Virus record (IMG/VR): IMGVR_UViG_3300038393_001217
Location: 1 to 40,753 of that record
Strand: one strand, 5' to 3'
DNA: 40,753 bases
Origin: a virus
Lineage: Duplodnaviria > Caudoviricetes
Below the pieces are notes generated by a model, which saw nothing but the letters and a program-made list of their open reading frames with translations, did no database searches and was not told the origin of the DNA. Below are positions 22,759-32,052 of this stretch, piece by piece (positions within the stretch are counted from its first letter, which is position 1; every line of letters begins with the position of its first letter). The position numbers and the translations under genes were made by a program.

Positions 22759-24746
22759 CGCCCGCCGAGAAGCCGACGCCGCCGAGCATCGAGAGCCTGC
22801 GCCGGATGTTCAAGGAGGCGAACGACCTGACGGTCGACGCCCGCCGGGAATCGCAGACCGACGACGACTACTATCACGGCCACCAGCTCACCCCGGCGGA
22901 GAAGGCCGCCCTCAAGAGCCGCCGCCAGCCTGACGGGGCGTTCAATCGCATCCGCCCGGCCATCGAGGGAATGCTCGGCGTCCTGAAACAGGGGGAGACC
23001 GACCCGCGCGCCTACCCGCGCAACCCGCAGGACGAGGACTCGGCGGACGTCGCCTCCAAGGTGCTCCGCTACATCGCCGACAAGAACGAGTTCGACGCCC
23101 TGAAGCTGGAGGGCGCCAAGAACTACTTCGTGGAAGGGACCTGCGCGGCCATCGTGGAAGTGGACGAGCGGCTTCAGGTCACCGTCGATCAGATCCGCTG
23201 GGAGGAGTTCTTCTACGACCCGCGCTCGCGCCGCAAGGACTTCCGCGACGCGCGCTACAAGGGCATCGCCAAGTGGCGCTATGCCGATGAGGTGGCCGCC
23301 GACCATCCCAAGGCCAAGGACGACCTCGAGAACGTCATGAACGCCGGCCTTGGGGCCGTGGACGAGACGTTCAAGGACCGGCCGGGCGACGGAACCTCGA
23401 GCGTCGCCTGGGTGGACGACAAGAAGCGCCGTGTGATGCAGGTGGAACTGTATCACCAGGAGGGCGACCGTTGGTACCGCTGCCAGTATTGGGCGGGCGG
23501 GGTGCTCTCCTACGACGTCTCCCCGTACCTGGACGAGAACGGCCGCCCCTGCTGCCCGATCGAAGCGCAGTCCTGCTACATCGACCGGGAGAACAACCGT
23601 CACGGCGTGGTGCGCGACATGCGCCCCGTCCAGGACGAGATCAACAAGCGCCGCTCGAAGCTGCTGCATCTGGTCACCACGTCCCAGGTGCAGGCGAGCG
23701 ACGCCAATTTCGCCACCATGGAGGACGCTGACGTCGTCCGCCGGGAAGCGGCGCGGCCGGACGGCGTGATCCCGCCCGGCTGGGAGAAGGTCCCCACCTC
23801 GGACATGGCGGCCGGTCAGGCGCAGCTGCTCGCCGAGGCCAAGTCGGAAATCGAGCGCCTCGGCCCGACGCCGGACATCCTGGGCCGGCAGTCGGCGGAT
23901 TCCTCGGGCCGCGCCCAGCTCGTCCGCCAGCAGGCGGGCATGACGCAGTTCGCGGTGACCTTCAGCGGCATCGAGGATTGGGAACGGCGCATCTACCGCC
24001 AGATGTGGGAGCGAGCCCGGCAGTACTGGCAGCAGCCCATGTGGGTGCGGGTGACCGATGAGAAGGGCGCGCCGGAGTTCATCGGCCTCAACATGCCGCA
24101 GGCCGACGAGTACGGCCAGCCGATGGTCGACCCGAACACCGGCCAGCCCGTGGCGGCCAACCGGATCGCCGAGCTCGACATGGACATCCTCCTCGACAGC
24201 GTCCCGGACACGGCCAACGTCCAGCAGGAGCAGTTCCAGGTCCTGAGCGAACTGGCCAAGATGTACGGGCCGCAGGAAGTGCCGTTCGACGATCTGCTGA
24301 AGCTCTCGACCATCCAGGGCAAGCGGGAGCTGCTGGACCAGCGCAAGCAGCGCGCCGACCAGGCGCAGAGCGGGCAGCAGGAGAGCCCTCAGGCGCAGCT
24401 TTCGATCCAGGGGGCGATGACCGAACTGGCCAAGCTTCAGGCCGAGGTCGACAAGCTGCAGGCCGAGGCGGACCTCACCCGCGCCAAGACCGAGACCGAG
24501 CTCGCCCGCCCGCACATCGAGGCGGCGAAGATCATGCAGACCGGCGAGCACCACGCCATGGATCTGCATCACGACGCGGCCCTGACCGCGGCGCAGATGG
24601 AACAGGCCGATCAGCACCATCAGACCGAGACCGCCTTCCGCGGCGCGGAGATGGAGCAGGCCGACAATCAGTTCGCCGGACAGATGAACTCAGCCGAAAG
24701 GCTGGCGCAGATGAAGGCCGGAAACACCCCGCCGCCGGGGGCTTAA
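22743..24746 (+). CDS. Portal protein (P22-like)
   Basis: Follows TerL; FNRIRPAI, YDPRSR, GVVRDMRPVQDEINKRRSK and SGRA..RQQAG motifs; long C-terminal coiled coil. Confidence 0.88.
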   Translation: MEDAMTPAEKPTPPSIESLRRMFKEANDLTVDARRESQTDDDYYHGHQLTPAEKAALKSRRQPDGAFNRIRPAIEGMLGVLKQGETDPRAYPRNPQDEDSADVASKVLRYIADKNEFDALKLEGAKNYFVEGTCAAIVEVDERLQVTVDQIRWEEFFYDPRSRRKDFRDARYKGIAKWRYADEVAADHPKAKDDLENVMNAGLGAVDETFKDRPGDGTSSVAWVDDKKRRVMQVELYHQEGDRWYRCQYWAGGVLSYDVSPYLDENGRPCCPIEAQSCYIDRENNRHGVVRDMRPVQDEINKRRSKLLHLVTTSQVQASDANFATMEDADVVRREAARPDGVIPPGWEKVPTSDMAAGQAQLLAEAKSEIERLGPTPDILGRQSADSSGRAQLVRQQAGMTQFAVTFSGIEDWERRIYRQMWERARQYWQQPMWVRVTDEKGAPEFIGLNMPQADEYGQPMVDPNTGQPVAANRIAELDMDILLDSVPDTANVQQEQFQVLSELAKMYGPQEVPFDDLLKLSTIQGKRELLDQRKQRADQAQSGQQESPQAQLSIQGAMTELAKLQAEVDKLQAEADLTRAKTETELARPHIEAAKIMQTGEHHAMDLHHDAALTAAQMEQADQHHQTETAFRGAEMEQADNQFAGQMNSAERLAQMKAGNTPPPGA

Positions 24747-24828
24747 CGGGCGCACCGTCAGCGTGGGGACGCGACCCACGCTCCGCCGCCGGGAAACGGG
24801 CGTTTTCGGGCCGCCGCCGTATCGGGCG
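24729..24828 (+). repeat. Three CCGCCGCCG-loop-CGGGCG bulged hairpins before the scaffold gene
   Basis: Copies at 24729-24752, 24783-24802 and 24811-24828, plus a hairpin at 24760-24782. Confidence 0.7.
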
Positions 24829-24842
24829 AGGGAAGACAAGCA

Positions 24843-25613
24843 TTGGAACCACTGGACTTCCTGGACGCCCAATCGGGCGAGCCAGACGAGACGCCCGTCG
24901 TGCAACCGGAGGCCATCGAGCCTGGACAGCCTGAAGGCCCCGCACGGGGACCGGACGGCAAGTTCATCGCCCGGGAAGCCGCCGAGCCTGATCCAGAACC
25001 GCAACCTGCGCCTGAGATGCAGGCGGCTCCCCAACCCGAGCCGCAGGCGCCCCAGGTCCCCCCAGGCTACGTGCCGGTTTCGGTCGTTCAGGAGCTGCGA
25101 CAGGAAATCCGCCAGATGCGGCAGGCTCCTCAAGCCGCGCCGCAGGTCCCCGACAGGTACGAAGACCCGGAAGGGTACGAGAACTGGCGGGAGCAGCAGA
25201 TCGAAGAACGTCTGCTCAATCAGAAGCTGGACACCTCCGAGCGGTTCGCCCGCAAGGAGTACGGCGCTGACACGGTGGAGAAGGCCCGCGATTGGGCCTT
25301 GCAGAAGTTCCAGGCCGACCCGCTCTACCAGCGGCGGATCATGTCCGATGCGGACCCCTACGAGGCTGTCGTCCAAGACTGGAAGCGCGAGCAGGTGCTC
25401 TCCAGCATGAAGGACGGGGATCTCGATGCGTTCCTAGCCTGGAAGGCCGGTCAGGCCTCGCCCCAGGCGCACCAAGCCCCCGCGGCTTCGGCCGCTCCCC
25501 CCATCACGCCGCCAACGCGATCCCTGGCCTCCGCTCCGAGTGCGGGCGGGCTCAAGCCCGGCGAACAGCCGGTCGGGCCGGGCGTCTCGTACGGCGCAGT
25601 CTTCAAAGGATAA
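24843..25613 (+). CDS. Capsid scaffolding protein (probable)
   Basis: Between portal and capsid; acidic Pro-rich N-terminus with RGPDGKF, helical core, PTRSLASAPS tail; TTG start. Confidence 0.75.
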   Translation: MEPLDFLDAQSGEPDETPVVQPEAIEPGQPEGPARGPDGKFIAREAAEPDPEPQPAPEMQAAPQPEPQAPQVPPGYVPVSVVQELRQEIRQMRQAPQAAPQVPDRYEDPEGYENWREQQIEERLLNQKLDTSERFARKEYGADTVEKARDWALQKFQADPLYQRRIMSDADPYEAVVQDWKREQVLSSMKDGDLDAFLAWKAGQASPQAHQAPAASAAPPITPPTRSLASAPSAGGLKPGEQPVGPGVSYGAVFKG

Positions 25614-25619
25614 ACGACA

Positions 25620-26747
25620 ATGGCCGAAGTTGTTCTCGCCACCGCTTCTCAGAAGCAAGTGTGGATGAGCAAGTACTTCATGGAGTACGTGCGCGACTCC
25701 CGCTTCATGCCCTACATGTCCAACGCCGACCTGAACAAGGGCGGGGTGATCCTCACCCGCTATGAGCTTCAGAAGGAAGCGGGCAAGACCATCAACATCC
25801 CGTTCATCGGCCGTCTGAAGGGCCGCGGCGTCGCGGGCTCGGAAGTCCTCGACGGCAACGAGGAAGCGCTGACCAACTACAACTTCCCGATCAGCGTCGC
25901 CTGGCGCCGCAACGGCGTGCGGGTGCCGAAGTCCGAAAGCTTCATGACGGAGGTCAACCTCTTGGATGCGGCCAAGGACGGCCTGCAGACCTGGGAGTCC
26001 GAGAAGCTGCGCGACGACGTCATCGAAGCGCTGGCCTCGTTCGTCACCGACACGTCGGGCGCGACGGTGAACTTCGGCGACTCGTCCTCGACGAACCGCA
26101 ACACCCACAACGCCAACAACTCGGACCGCCTGCTTTTCGGGGCGACCAAGTCGAACTACTCGGCGACCTGGGCGACGGCGATCGGCAACGTGGACACCAC
26201 CTCCGACAAGATCACCTATGCCGCCCTGATGCTGATGAAGCGGATGGCCAAGTCGGCCGACCCGCACATCCGCCCGTTCAAGACCAACGCCACCAAGGGC
26301 CGCGAATACTACGTGGTCTTCATGGGCGCGCGGTCCTTCCGGGACGCCGCGGCTGACACGACGATCATCTCCTACAACAAGGACGCCCGTGCTCGCGAGA
26401 ACGGCGGCATGGACGAAAACCCGCTGTTCCAGGACGGCGACCTGATCGTCAACGGCCTGATCCTGCGGGAGGTCCCGGAGATCGACGACGTCCTGACCGC
26501 CGGCACCTACTCGGCGGACGGCATCGGCAACACCTCGGCGGACGTTCGCCCCGTGGTCCTCTGCGGCGCCGGCGCTGTCGCCGTCGCCTGGGGACAGGAG
26601 CCCACGCCCCGCACCGACTACGTCAAGGACTACGGTTTCCGTCCCGGCGTGGCCATCGAGGAGCTGATCGGCGTCAAGAAGGTCAACTACAACGGCAAGA
26701 TGAACGGCATGGTCGTGGGTTGGTTCGCGGCGGCGGCCGACAGCTGA
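25620..26747 (+). CDS. Major capsid protein (DUF4043/N4-gp56-like)
   Basis: LQKEAGKTINIP, LDGNEEAL, ENPLFQ, VLCGAGAVAVAWG, DYG..GV motifs; strongly biased codons. Confidence 0.88.
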   Translation: MAEVVLATASQKQVWMSKYFMEYVRDSRFMPYMSNADLNKGGVILTRYELQKEAGKTINIPFIGRLKGRGVAGSEVLDGNEEALTNYNFPISVAWRRNGVRVPKSESFMTEVNLLDAAKDGLQTWESEKLRDDVIEALASFVTDTSGATVNFGDSSSTNRNTHNANNSDRLLFGATKSNYSATWATAIGNVDTTSDKITYAALMLMKRMAKSADPHIRPFKTNATKGREYYVVFMGARSFRDAAADTTIISYNKDARARENGGMDENPLFQDGDLIVNGLILREVPEIDDVLTAGTYSADGIGNTSADVRPVVLCGAGAVAVAWGQEPTPRTDYVKDYGFRPGVAIEELIGVKKVNYNGKMNGMVVGWFAAAADS

Positions 26748-26815
26748 TCGCTGATCTCACCTGACATCGGGCCGCTCTGACCGGGCGGCCCCCACCTCCT
26801 TCAAAGGACATCATC

Positions 26816-27322
26816 ATGGCTTCTCTCAAGGCTGCTCGCAGCCTCACCAAGTTCCCTGTCGGCGGCCTGGCCGGTGGCGGGGTCATGCACTGCGCCTGGG
26901 GCCTCTACAACTTCGCCGCCGCCGCCAGCGGCGCGGACACCGTCGACCTCGTGCGGCTTCCGGCCGGCGCCACGGTCGTGGGCGGCTACTTCCGCGGCGA
27001 GGACATCGATACCGGCACCGAGGCGCTGGACATCGACATCGGCTGGACCGCCAACGGCGGCTCGGGCGTCGGCGCCACCGCCGACCCGGACGGGCTCGGC
27101 AACTTCGGCACGATCGACGGCGACGTCGTCGGCCAGATCAAACCGGAGGCGTCGATCCTGTACCCGCTCAACGGCACGCTGAAGTCGGGTCCGATCTACT
27201 TCGACGCCCCGACGCTGATCCAGGCCGTGGTCAACACCGCGGCCAACGCCGGCGGAACGGGCAAGATCTGGGTGGCGGTTTACTACCTCTACCAAGACCC
27301 CAACACCAGCGCCCAGACCTAA
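26816..27322 (+). CDS. Structural protein (decoration-like)
   Basis: Gly-rich beta-type protein after the capsid gene; AAGGA RBS. Confidence 0.6.
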   Translation: MASLKAARSLTKFPVGGLAGGGVMHCAWGLYNFAAAASGADTVDLVRLPAGATVVGGYFRGEDIDTGTEALDIDIGWTANGGSGVGATADPDGLGNFGTIDGDVVGQIKPEASILYPLNGTLKSGPIYFDAPTLIQAVVNTAANAGGTGKIWVAVYYLYQDPNTSAQT

Positions 27323-27336
27323 AGGAGCAAGAGCAC

Positions 27337-27639
27337 ATGGCTACCTTCATCTACACGCCGACCGAGCCGGAAGACGCCTACCGGCCGACCGAGATCTTCG
27401 GCATCACCTTCCCGCCCGGCGAGGCGGTGACCATCAAGCAGGCCGACCTGAAGGGCAGCCTCAAGCTGGCCGACGTCGAGGCCAAGCTCGATGGCAACCC
27501 GCAGTTCACCAGGCAGGGCGAGGACCGCGATGCGGTGTCCACGGCCAAGCGCCGCGCCAAGGAGGCGGAAGCCGCCGAGGCGTTGCGTGCTGAAGCCGCG
27601 GAAGCGACCGCGGCGGCGGCCAGCGCCGGCCCGGTCTGA
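27337..27639 (+). CDS. Hypothetical head-region protein
   Basis: AAGGAG RBS; FGITFPPGEAV...KLDGNPQF. Confidence 0.7.
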   Translation: MATFIYTPTEPEDAYRPTEIFGITFPPGEAVTIKQADLKGSLKLADVEAKLDGNPQFTRQGEDRDAVSTAKRRAKEAEAAEALRAEAAEATAAAASAGPV

Positions 27640-27650
27640 CGCAGGCGTAA

Positions 27651-27684
27651 GCGGGCGGGTCTCAGCGGCCCGCCCGCACCTTTC
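27651..27684 (+). terminator. GC-rich hairpin after the head operon (weak terminator or processing site)
   Basis: GCGGGCGGG/CCCGCCCGC stem followed by ACCTTTC (poor U-tract). Confidence 0.35.
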
Positions 27685-27700
27685 GGACCTGGGGTGAACC

Positions 27701-28282
27701 ATGGCCACCTGCCGAGACATCATCACCCGTGCGCTGCGCAAGCTGAACGAGGTTCACGAGGGCCAGCCTGCGCCCACGGCCTATGCCGCCAAGAACGCCC
27801 TTGCGGGCCTGCAGGGCTGGTACGACGGGGCGATGGCCACGGGCCTGTTCGGACGGCTGTCGGATGTCACGGTCGCCGACGCCTACACCGCCAAGGAATA
27901 CGAGCGCATCGTCAACACGGCGGTGGCGGATGTGGTGGTCACCCTGCCGGACACCATCGTCGATGCGGAAACCGGCGGCACGCGGGTTCCGCTGGATCTG
28001 GTCCCGGTGATGGTGATCAACCCGGTCGCGGGGCCGCTCAGCTACATCTATGACCGGATGCTGGGCCAGTGGGTCGGGCTGAACGCGCTGACGCTGGATA
28101 GCGAAGCGCCGCTGTCCCGCCGCGGGGCCGATGGCCTGGCGTGCCTCTTGGCCGTGGTCATGTCGGACGAGTTCTCCGGCGCGGTCGGGGCCGCCACCAC
28201 GGCGCGGGCTCGCGCCTTCCTGGCGTCGATCAGCCAGCGCAACAGCAGTGTGCGCCGCACGGTCGAGTACGAATACTTCTGA
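27701..28282 (+). CDS. Head-tail adaptor (P22 gp4-like)
   Basis: MATCRDIITRALRKL N-terminus; position before the gp10-like gene. Confidence 0.7.
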   Translation: MATCRDIITRALRKLNEVHEGQPAPTAYAAKNALAGLQGWYDGAMATGLFGRLSDVTVADAYTAKEYERIVNTAVADVVVTLPDTIVDAETGGTRVPLDLVPVMVINPVAGPLSYIYDRMLGQWVGLNALTLDSEAPLSRRGADGLACLLAVVMSDEFSGAVGAATTARARAFLASISQRNSSVRRTVEYEYF

Positions 28283-29787
28283 TGCCGCTTCCCCGGCGCG
28301 TCGAGCTCCCGTTCATCGGCCCGTCCAGCAAGACGCGGGTCACGGCCCAGCAGTCCGGCCGGTCGGTGAACCTGTACCCGGAGGTGAATGACCCAGACGC
28401 CAAGGCCCCGATCGCGCTGAAGCATGTGCCGGGCTCGTTCCGCTGGGCGGATGGTGAGGCGTTGCTCGGGCTCACCGGGCCCGTGCGCGGCTGTCACGTC
28501 ATGGGCCGGCGCGCGTTCTGCGCCATCGGCTTCCGCCTCTTGGAGATCACCCCCTCCAACCAGTTCCTCACGATCGGCTCGCTGCCGAGCTCGCAGGGCT
28601 ATGTGGGGTTCTCGGACAACCGCGGGAAGCTGATCGTCGGCGACGGCATCCAGTTCCAGATCTACGACCCGGACACGGGCGTCCTGGCGCCGGTGTTCAC
28701 CGAGAACGGGGACGCCCTGAGGGGCTATCACTCGCGGCTTCTCGACTCCACCACGCTCTATTTCATCAAGGACAGCGACCGCTACTACTACTCCGACGTG
28801 GGCGCGCCGCAGACGGTGCAGGACCTGTCGTTCTTCGAGGAGGAGGGCAGTTCCGACACGACCGTCAACGCCTTCGTGTCCAACCGCGAGATCATCCTCC
28901 TGGGGACCGACTCGACCGGCTGGCACTACAACTCAGGCGATGCGGACAACCCGTTCCAGCGCATCGAGGGCGGGTTTGCGGAGTACGGCTGCGTCGGGAT
29001 GCGCGCCTGCTGCACCTTCGACAACACCGTGGCCATGGTCGGCCGCAACCGCGACGGGGCGGGCAAGGTCTATCTGATCGGCAATGCGGGCGCGGCCCCC
29101 CAAGTGATCTCCTCGCCGGCCGTGGAGGAGGCGCTGCAAAAGGTGCTGTTCTCGTTCGAGGACATCACCGACCAGATCACCATGTTCGGCTACCAGGACG
29201 CCGGGCACGTCTTCCTGTTCGTCAACCTGCCGGCCGCCATCGGGACCAACAACAACCCCGCACAGCCTTCGATGACCTGGGTGTACGACGCGGCCACGCG
29301 CCTGTGGCACGAGCGGGCCTATTCCAACCCGGCGACCGGCCAGATGGAGCGGGCGCGCGGCGATCAGCACTTCTACTGGAACCGCCGCCACTACCTGACC
29401 GACTACGCCCTCCCGTACGTCTACGAGCACAGCCTCGACTACTACCGCGAGAACACCACGGCCCTGGTCAAGCTGCGCCAGAGCGCCGGGCCGTTCAACT
29501 TCCAGGGCCGGCCGTTCACCGTCGTCAAGCTCGGCATCGAGATGGAAGTGGGCGTGGGGCGGGATGCCGGGGTGCAAGGCTCCCGCCCGAAGCTGATGCT
29601 GCAGGTGTCATGGGACGCCGGCAGCACCTGGAGCAATGAGATCTGGCGCGACATCGGCGGCATCGGGGCCGGCAAGACCGTCGTGCAGTTCGGCAACCTG
29701 GGACGGGGGACGGACCTCGTGATCCGCGCCTCGGTCTCCGATCCGGTGCGGGTGACCTTCCTCGGCGCCTGGGCGGACGTGAAGTAG
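28282..29787 (+). CDS. Tail hub / DNA-stabilisation protein (P22 gp10-like)
   Basis: SVNLYPE, TWVYDAATRLWHER, MLQVSWDAGSTWSNE, SDPV motifs. Confidence 0.85.
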   Translation: MPLPRRVELPFIGPSSKTRVTAQQSGRSVNLYPEVNDPDAKAPIALKHVPGSFRWADGEALLGLTGPVRGCHVMGRRAFCAIGFRLLEITPSNQFLTIGSLPSSQGYVGFSDNRGKLIVGDGIQFQIYDPDTGVLAPVFTENGDALRGYHSRLLDSTTLYFIKDSDRYYYSDVGAPQTVQDLSFFEEEGSSDTTVNAFVSNREIILLGTDSTGWHYNSGDADNPFQRIEGGFAEYGCVGMRACCTFDNTVAMVGRNRDGAGKVYLIGNAGAAPQVISSPAVEEALQKVLFSFEDITDQITMFGYQDAGHVFLFVNLPAAIGTNNNPAQPSMTWVYDAATRLWHERAYSNPATGQMERARGDQHFYWNRRHYLTDYALPYVYEHSLDYYRENTTALVKLRQSAGPFNFQGRPFTVVKLGIEMEVGVGRDAGVQGSRPKLMLQVSWDAGSTWSNEIWRDIGGIGAGKTVVQFGNLGRGTDLVIRASVSDPVRVTFLGAWADVK

Positions 29788-29796
29788 GAGATTGAG

Positions 29797-30480
29797 ATGG
29801 GCCTATTCGGCGCGCTCGGCGACGCTCTCGGCGGCTTCCTCGGCCACAAGGCCCAGAAGAAGCAGACCAAGAAGATTATCTACGACTACAACGGCGCGGA
29901 GACCAACGCGCTTGCCGGGTACACCGGCGCGCGGGACGCCACCATGGCCGCCGCGACCGGCGCGCGGGACGCCTCGCTTGGCTACTACCAGCCCTATCTG
30001 GCGGGCGGCCAGTCGCAGTTCGAAGCCGCCCAGAACATGCTCAACCCAGGCTATCAGTACAGCCCGAGCGATCCGTCCTACAAGTTCCGCTATGACCAGG
30101 GCCTGGACGCGGCCCTGCGGGGCGGTGCGGCCGGCGGCAGCCTGGGCAGCGGGGGGATGCTGAAGGCCCTGACCCGCTACGGCCAGGGCATGGCCTCGAC
30201 GGAGTTCGCCGCCGACTTCAACCGCCGCAACGAGCTCGCCCGATACGGCCTCCAGGCCGCCAACGGCATGGCGGGGGCGCAGAGCGGCTATGCCGATGAC
30301 GTAGGCAATGCGCAGAACAACTACGCCAATGGCCTCTACCGAACCGAGTTCGGGGCGGCGGATGGCCGGGCGGGCGCGCGAACCCAGCGCGGCGAGGCCA
30401 TCGCCAAGCAGTTCGGCGACGTGTTCGGGGCGGGCGGCGACGTCGACCCGCAGCTGATCGCCGCCATGTTCGGGTTCTGA
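29797..30480 (+). CDS. DNA ejection protein (gp7-like)
   Basis: Gly/Ala-rich; PYLAGG, PSYKFRYDQG, SGGMLKALTRYGQGMAS motifs. Confidence 0.75.
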   Translation: MGLFGALGDALGGFLGHKAQKKQTKKIIYDYNGAETNALAGYTGARDATMAAATGARDASLGYYQPYLAGGQSQFEAAQNMLNPGYQYSPSDPSYKFRYDQGLDAALRGGAAGGSLGSGGMLKALTRYGQGMASTEFAADFNRRNELARYGLQAANGMAGAQSGYADDVGNAQNNYANGLYRTEFGAADGRAGARTQRGEAIAKQFGDVFGAGGDVDPQLIAAMFGF

Positions 30481-30483
30481 GCC

Positions 30484-32052
30484 ATGTCCGACCCCTATTG
30501 GAGCACGGTCGAGATCCAGAGCCAGCGGGCGGCGCGGCAGCGCAAGAACCTGCTCGCGCAACAGGCCGGCGGCATGATGGCCGCAGGCGACGTCACCGGC
30601 GCGCGCAATGCGCTGTACCAGGGCGGCGAGCTGGAGGCGGGCGGGGCGCTTGATCAGCAACTCGCCTCTCAGCGCAAGGCCGAGGCCGAAGGCCTGGACA
30701 GGCTCACGACGGGCATCGGCCGGCTGATCGATAGCGGCGTGGACCCGAAGAGGGCGTGGGCCATGGGCGCGGCCTTGGCGCCCCGCCTTGGCCTGGACCC
30801 GCAGAAGCTGGAACAGGAGAGGCCGGCGTTCGAGCAGGACCCGAAGGGTTGGGCCGCCTTCTGGAACGAGAAGGCCAAGGGCGCGCTGGAGTTCGCCAAG
30901 AGTGGCGACGGCTCCTACACGGCCATCGACCCGAGCACCGGCCGACCCGTCTATCAGTACCAAGCCCCGACCCCAGACAGATACGAGCAGTTCGATCCCG
31001 ACAAGGAGCTTCGGCGCATTCCGGGCCGTCCTGGCAGCGAAACGCCGGTCGCGCCCGTGGCGCAACAGCCCGCGCCGCAGGCTGCGGAAGGCGGCGACGA
31101 CTGGATTGCGGCCGTCGCCGAGGCAGCCCCGGACGCTCGGGTCACCAGCGGCTATCGCGCGCCCCAGCACAACGCCGAGGTGGGCGGAAAGCCGAACTCG
31201 CGCCACCTGACGGGACAGGCGGTCGATCTCGTTCCGCGTCCTGGCGAGACCATGGCGCAACTCTTCGCGCGGGTGAGCCGCATCCCAGGCACGCGGGCCA
31301 TCAACGAGGGCGACCACGTCCACGTCCAGCGCACTGGCCAGCCGGCAACCGCGGTCGCGGCACAGCCCAGCGCGCCGGAACTGGTGCGGTCGGCGCGGCC
31401 GAAGCCGGCAACCGACAGCGCCCCCTCCGGCTATCGGTGGAACGGTGGGCAGCTGGAGTTCATCCCGGGTGGTCCTGCCGATCCGGCGACCAAGACCTCG
31501 GCGGGCCTGAAACCCGTGCCCGTGGCCATCCAGAAGGGCTATGCCGAGAACAACGCCACCATCCGGTTCATCGACCAGACCATCGCGGCCATCAGGGCCA
31601 ACCCGGACGCCCTCGGCCTGAGGAACGTCCTCGGCGACGCGGTCATGCAGCGCACCGACCCGAAAGGCGTCTCGGTCCGGGCCTCGGTCGCCAACATCGG
31701 CTCCAAGGTCATCCACGACCGCTCCGGCGCGGCGGTGACGGCCGCGGAGACGCCCCGCCTGAAGCCGTTCATTCCGAGCGCGACCGACCGTGCGGATGCG
31801 GCCATCACCAAGCTGCAGGGCCTTCGCCAGCAGGTCCTGAACGACACGACCGGGATCGAACTGGCCTATGGCGAGGACAGCGGCTATCGGCCGATAGTCG
31901 GCGGTTCGGGCGCCAGCCAGCCGGCCAAGGCGTCCGCGCCCGCCAAGGCCGCCGGGGTCGGTCAGCGCCGCCTCTCGCCCCAGGAAGCCTTCAAGCTGAA
32001 GCCGGGAACGCGCTTCATCGGCTTGGACGGCGCTGAGCGCATCCGCCAATGA
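30484..32052 (+). CDS. Ejection protein with peptidase M15 domain
   Basis: VTSGYR...[18 protein letters not shown]...DHVH Zn-peptidase motif. Confidence 0.8.
   Translation: MSDPYWSTVEIQSQRAARQRKNLLAQQAGGMMAAGDVTGARNALYQGGELEAGGALDQQLASQRKAEAEGLDRLTTGIGRLIDSGVDPKRAWAMGAALAPRLGLDPQKLEQERPAFEQDPKGWAAFWNEKAKGALEFAKSGDGSYTAIDPSTGRPVYQYQAPTPDRYEQFDPDKELRRIPGRPGSETPVAPVAQQPAPQAAEGGDDWIAAVAEAAPDARVTSGYRAPQHNAEVGGKPNSRHLTGQAVDLVPRPGETMAQLFARVSRIPGTRAINEGDHVHVQRTGQPATAVAAQPSAPELVRSARPKPATDSAPSGYRWNGGQLEFIPGGPADPATKTSAGLKPVPVAIQKGYAENNATIRFIDQTIAAIRANPDALGLRNVLGDAVMQRTDPKGVSVRASVANIGSKVIHDRSGAAVTAAETPRLKPFIPSATDRADAAITKLQGLRQQVLNDTTGIELAYGEDSGYRPIVGGSGASQPAKASAPAKAAGVGQRRLSPQEAFKLKPGTRFIGLDGAERIRQ

Noticed and set aside
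24591-24664. Short direct repeat in the portal C-terminus (MEQAD twice)
   Set aside because: Ordinary coiled-coil peptide duplication.
30990-30999. GTTCGATCCC outside the array
   Set aside because: Isolated half-site inside coding sequence (QFDP). It shows half-sites can occur by chance, so it is not counted.
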